Below the pieces are notes generated by a model that did no database searches, was not told the DNA's origin, and saw only the letters and a list, made by a program, of their open reading frames with translations. Of a DNA stretch of 64,000 nucleotides, positions 62,509 to 64,000 are shown one piece after another. Position numbers and translations under genes: made by a program. This stretch comes from Octopus bimaculoides (taxonomy: Eukaryota): NCBI RefSeq assembly GCF_001194135.2, contig NC_069010.1, positions 9,491,436-9,555,435 on the forward strand, read 5' to 3'. Each line of letters begins with the position of its first letter. The stretch's first letter is position 1.

Positions 62509-62629
62509 TTATGTGTCTGTGTTTGTCCCCCCAACATCGCTTGGCAACCGATGGTGGTGTGTTTACGTCCCCGTCACTTAGCGGTTCGGCAAAAGAGAGA
62601 CCGATAGAATAAGTACTCGGCTTAGTGTC

Positions 62630-63050
62630 GTAGTTTAACCCCAGGTCAGACTCCTGATCCAGCAGACCTATGATCAAAAATGTTCCAACACAGACGATCC
62701 TGAGTTTTATATAGACATAGTGTATCTTGGACTACATTACCCAAAGTGTCCTTCTGTAATGTTGTTGTTTAGCCTCAGGTCTGTCCGGATCCAGCAGACC
62801 AATGGCCACATATGTTCCACCTGTGACTAACCTGCCTTTTAATCAGTCATAGTGTATCTAAGACTACAATATCTAATGTATCCTTCTGTGTTGTTGTTGT
62901 TGTTGTTTAACCCCAGGTCAGTCATGATCCAGCCAACCTATGATCACTATGTTCCAGCTAAGGCTGTCCTATCTTTTATTCTGGCACAAGATATCTAGGA
63001 CTACATTATCTAATGTCCCCTCCCTTGTTTTTTTTTTATTGTTTAATCCA
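62630..63050 (+). repeat. Three tandem units of the same ~130-bp family
   Basis: Same consensus as 24550-25290; further copies near 3460-3640, 12540 (-) and 25445. Confidence 0.85.
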
Positions 63051-63142
63051 AGTCAACATTTAAACAAACGAACCCTATGAATCAAAGACACTCCATCCAT
63101 GACATTCTCGTCTTTTTTCCCTCCTACGTTATGCAAAAAAAG

Positions 63143-63615
63143 TATGAAGCGGGTGCTGAAAAGTTCCTGGCTTAAAGGACCTTGCAAAAGGCCTGGTTGG
63201 AGGCTCAACCTTCTGAATTCTTTTACAGGCCTTAGAAAAACTGCAATAAGTGTGTGAGTAAGTGTGAATCTGTCTGTCTGTCCGTGTGAATCCCTAAAAC
63301 TCGAGAAGTACACAACTAATTTCATTCAAATTTTACGTATGCCTTATTTAGAGGGTCCTGGTTGTGTTTTAGTCAAAAAAAATGTTTAACTTCTTGCATA
63401 ATTCGAGCCCACAGCAACATAATATCTCCTCCACTATTTAAGTATTACATGTCAAAAGTGAAACAAAAACACTCATGTCAAATACTTTCACTTTTAAAAA
63501 TGAAAGTATTCCACTAACTGAAACAATCACATTTCGATTGGATAGAATCATGATTAACTGAGACTCTTGTAACTTCTTTTACCCAAAGCCAGGAACTTTT
63601 CAGCGCTTTCTCATA
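63143..63615. mobile_element. Mariner-type non-autonomous element with probable nested insertion
   Basis: TA-tgaagcgggtgctgaaaagttcctggctt … aagccaggaacttttcagcgctttctca-TA: about 30-bp TIRs and TA flanks. Confidence 0.7.
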
Positions 63616-63949
63616 TTGTGAAGTTTTAGGGACGTTTAACTTCTGTTTCTAGTAGAGCAAGTGTCCTGCTAGAAGCATGGCACCCTCACAAGTAAGTTTT
63701 GTGCTGTTTACAGCTGCGAAGAGAACAGTCATTGTGGAAGTACAATAGTATATATGTATATATATATGTGTGTGTTATCATGTATACATTTATGTGTGTG
63801 TGTGTGTTTGTGTGTCTGTATTATATATGTGTATATATGTGAGTGTGTGCATATATGTGTGAATAGTGTATTGTGTCTATGTTTGTGTGTGTGTATATAT
63901 TTTTATATATACATGTGTATATGAATGAGTAAGGATGTAGTATGTGCAT

Positions 63950-64000
<51 letters not shown>

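Overview
AT-rich, microsatellite- and SINE-dense animal genomic DNA with many N gaps. The SINE families and the (TA)n/(CA)n/(CAT)n load look like an octopus (coleoid cephalopod) assembly; that assignment is inference. Two spliced genes lie tail-to-tail. (1) + strand 2..6611: the last 8 exons of a gene with a Cys-rich linker followed by a bacterial-type TtcA-like PP-loop/[4Fe-4S] sulfurtransferase domain (SGGKDS, CSFCSRMKRG, GQHLDD, CPAC); its 5' end lies upstream of the window. (2) - strand 48598..14957: a 9-coding-exon, about 438-aa Cys-loop channel subunit resembling the insect 8916/GRD GABA-A alpha-like clade, with a cation-type pore motif (S-2' D-1' R0'). Most unusual non-coding signals: a complete minimal hammerhead-ribozyme motif in the last channel intron (15434-15476); an 80-bp near-perfect hairpin (8222-8390); two short 3n, stop-free introns in the channel gene; a 7.6-kb inverted structure (53165-60785) with about 400-bp arms differing at about 9 positions; and inside it four copies of a repeat carrying degenerate, colinear 28S rRNA-like sequence. 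Also present: relics of Gypsy, Penelope-like and RTE retroelements, piggyBac- and mariner-type MITEs, and several SINE families. All exon models were read by hand from splice signals and reading frame; no database search was run.
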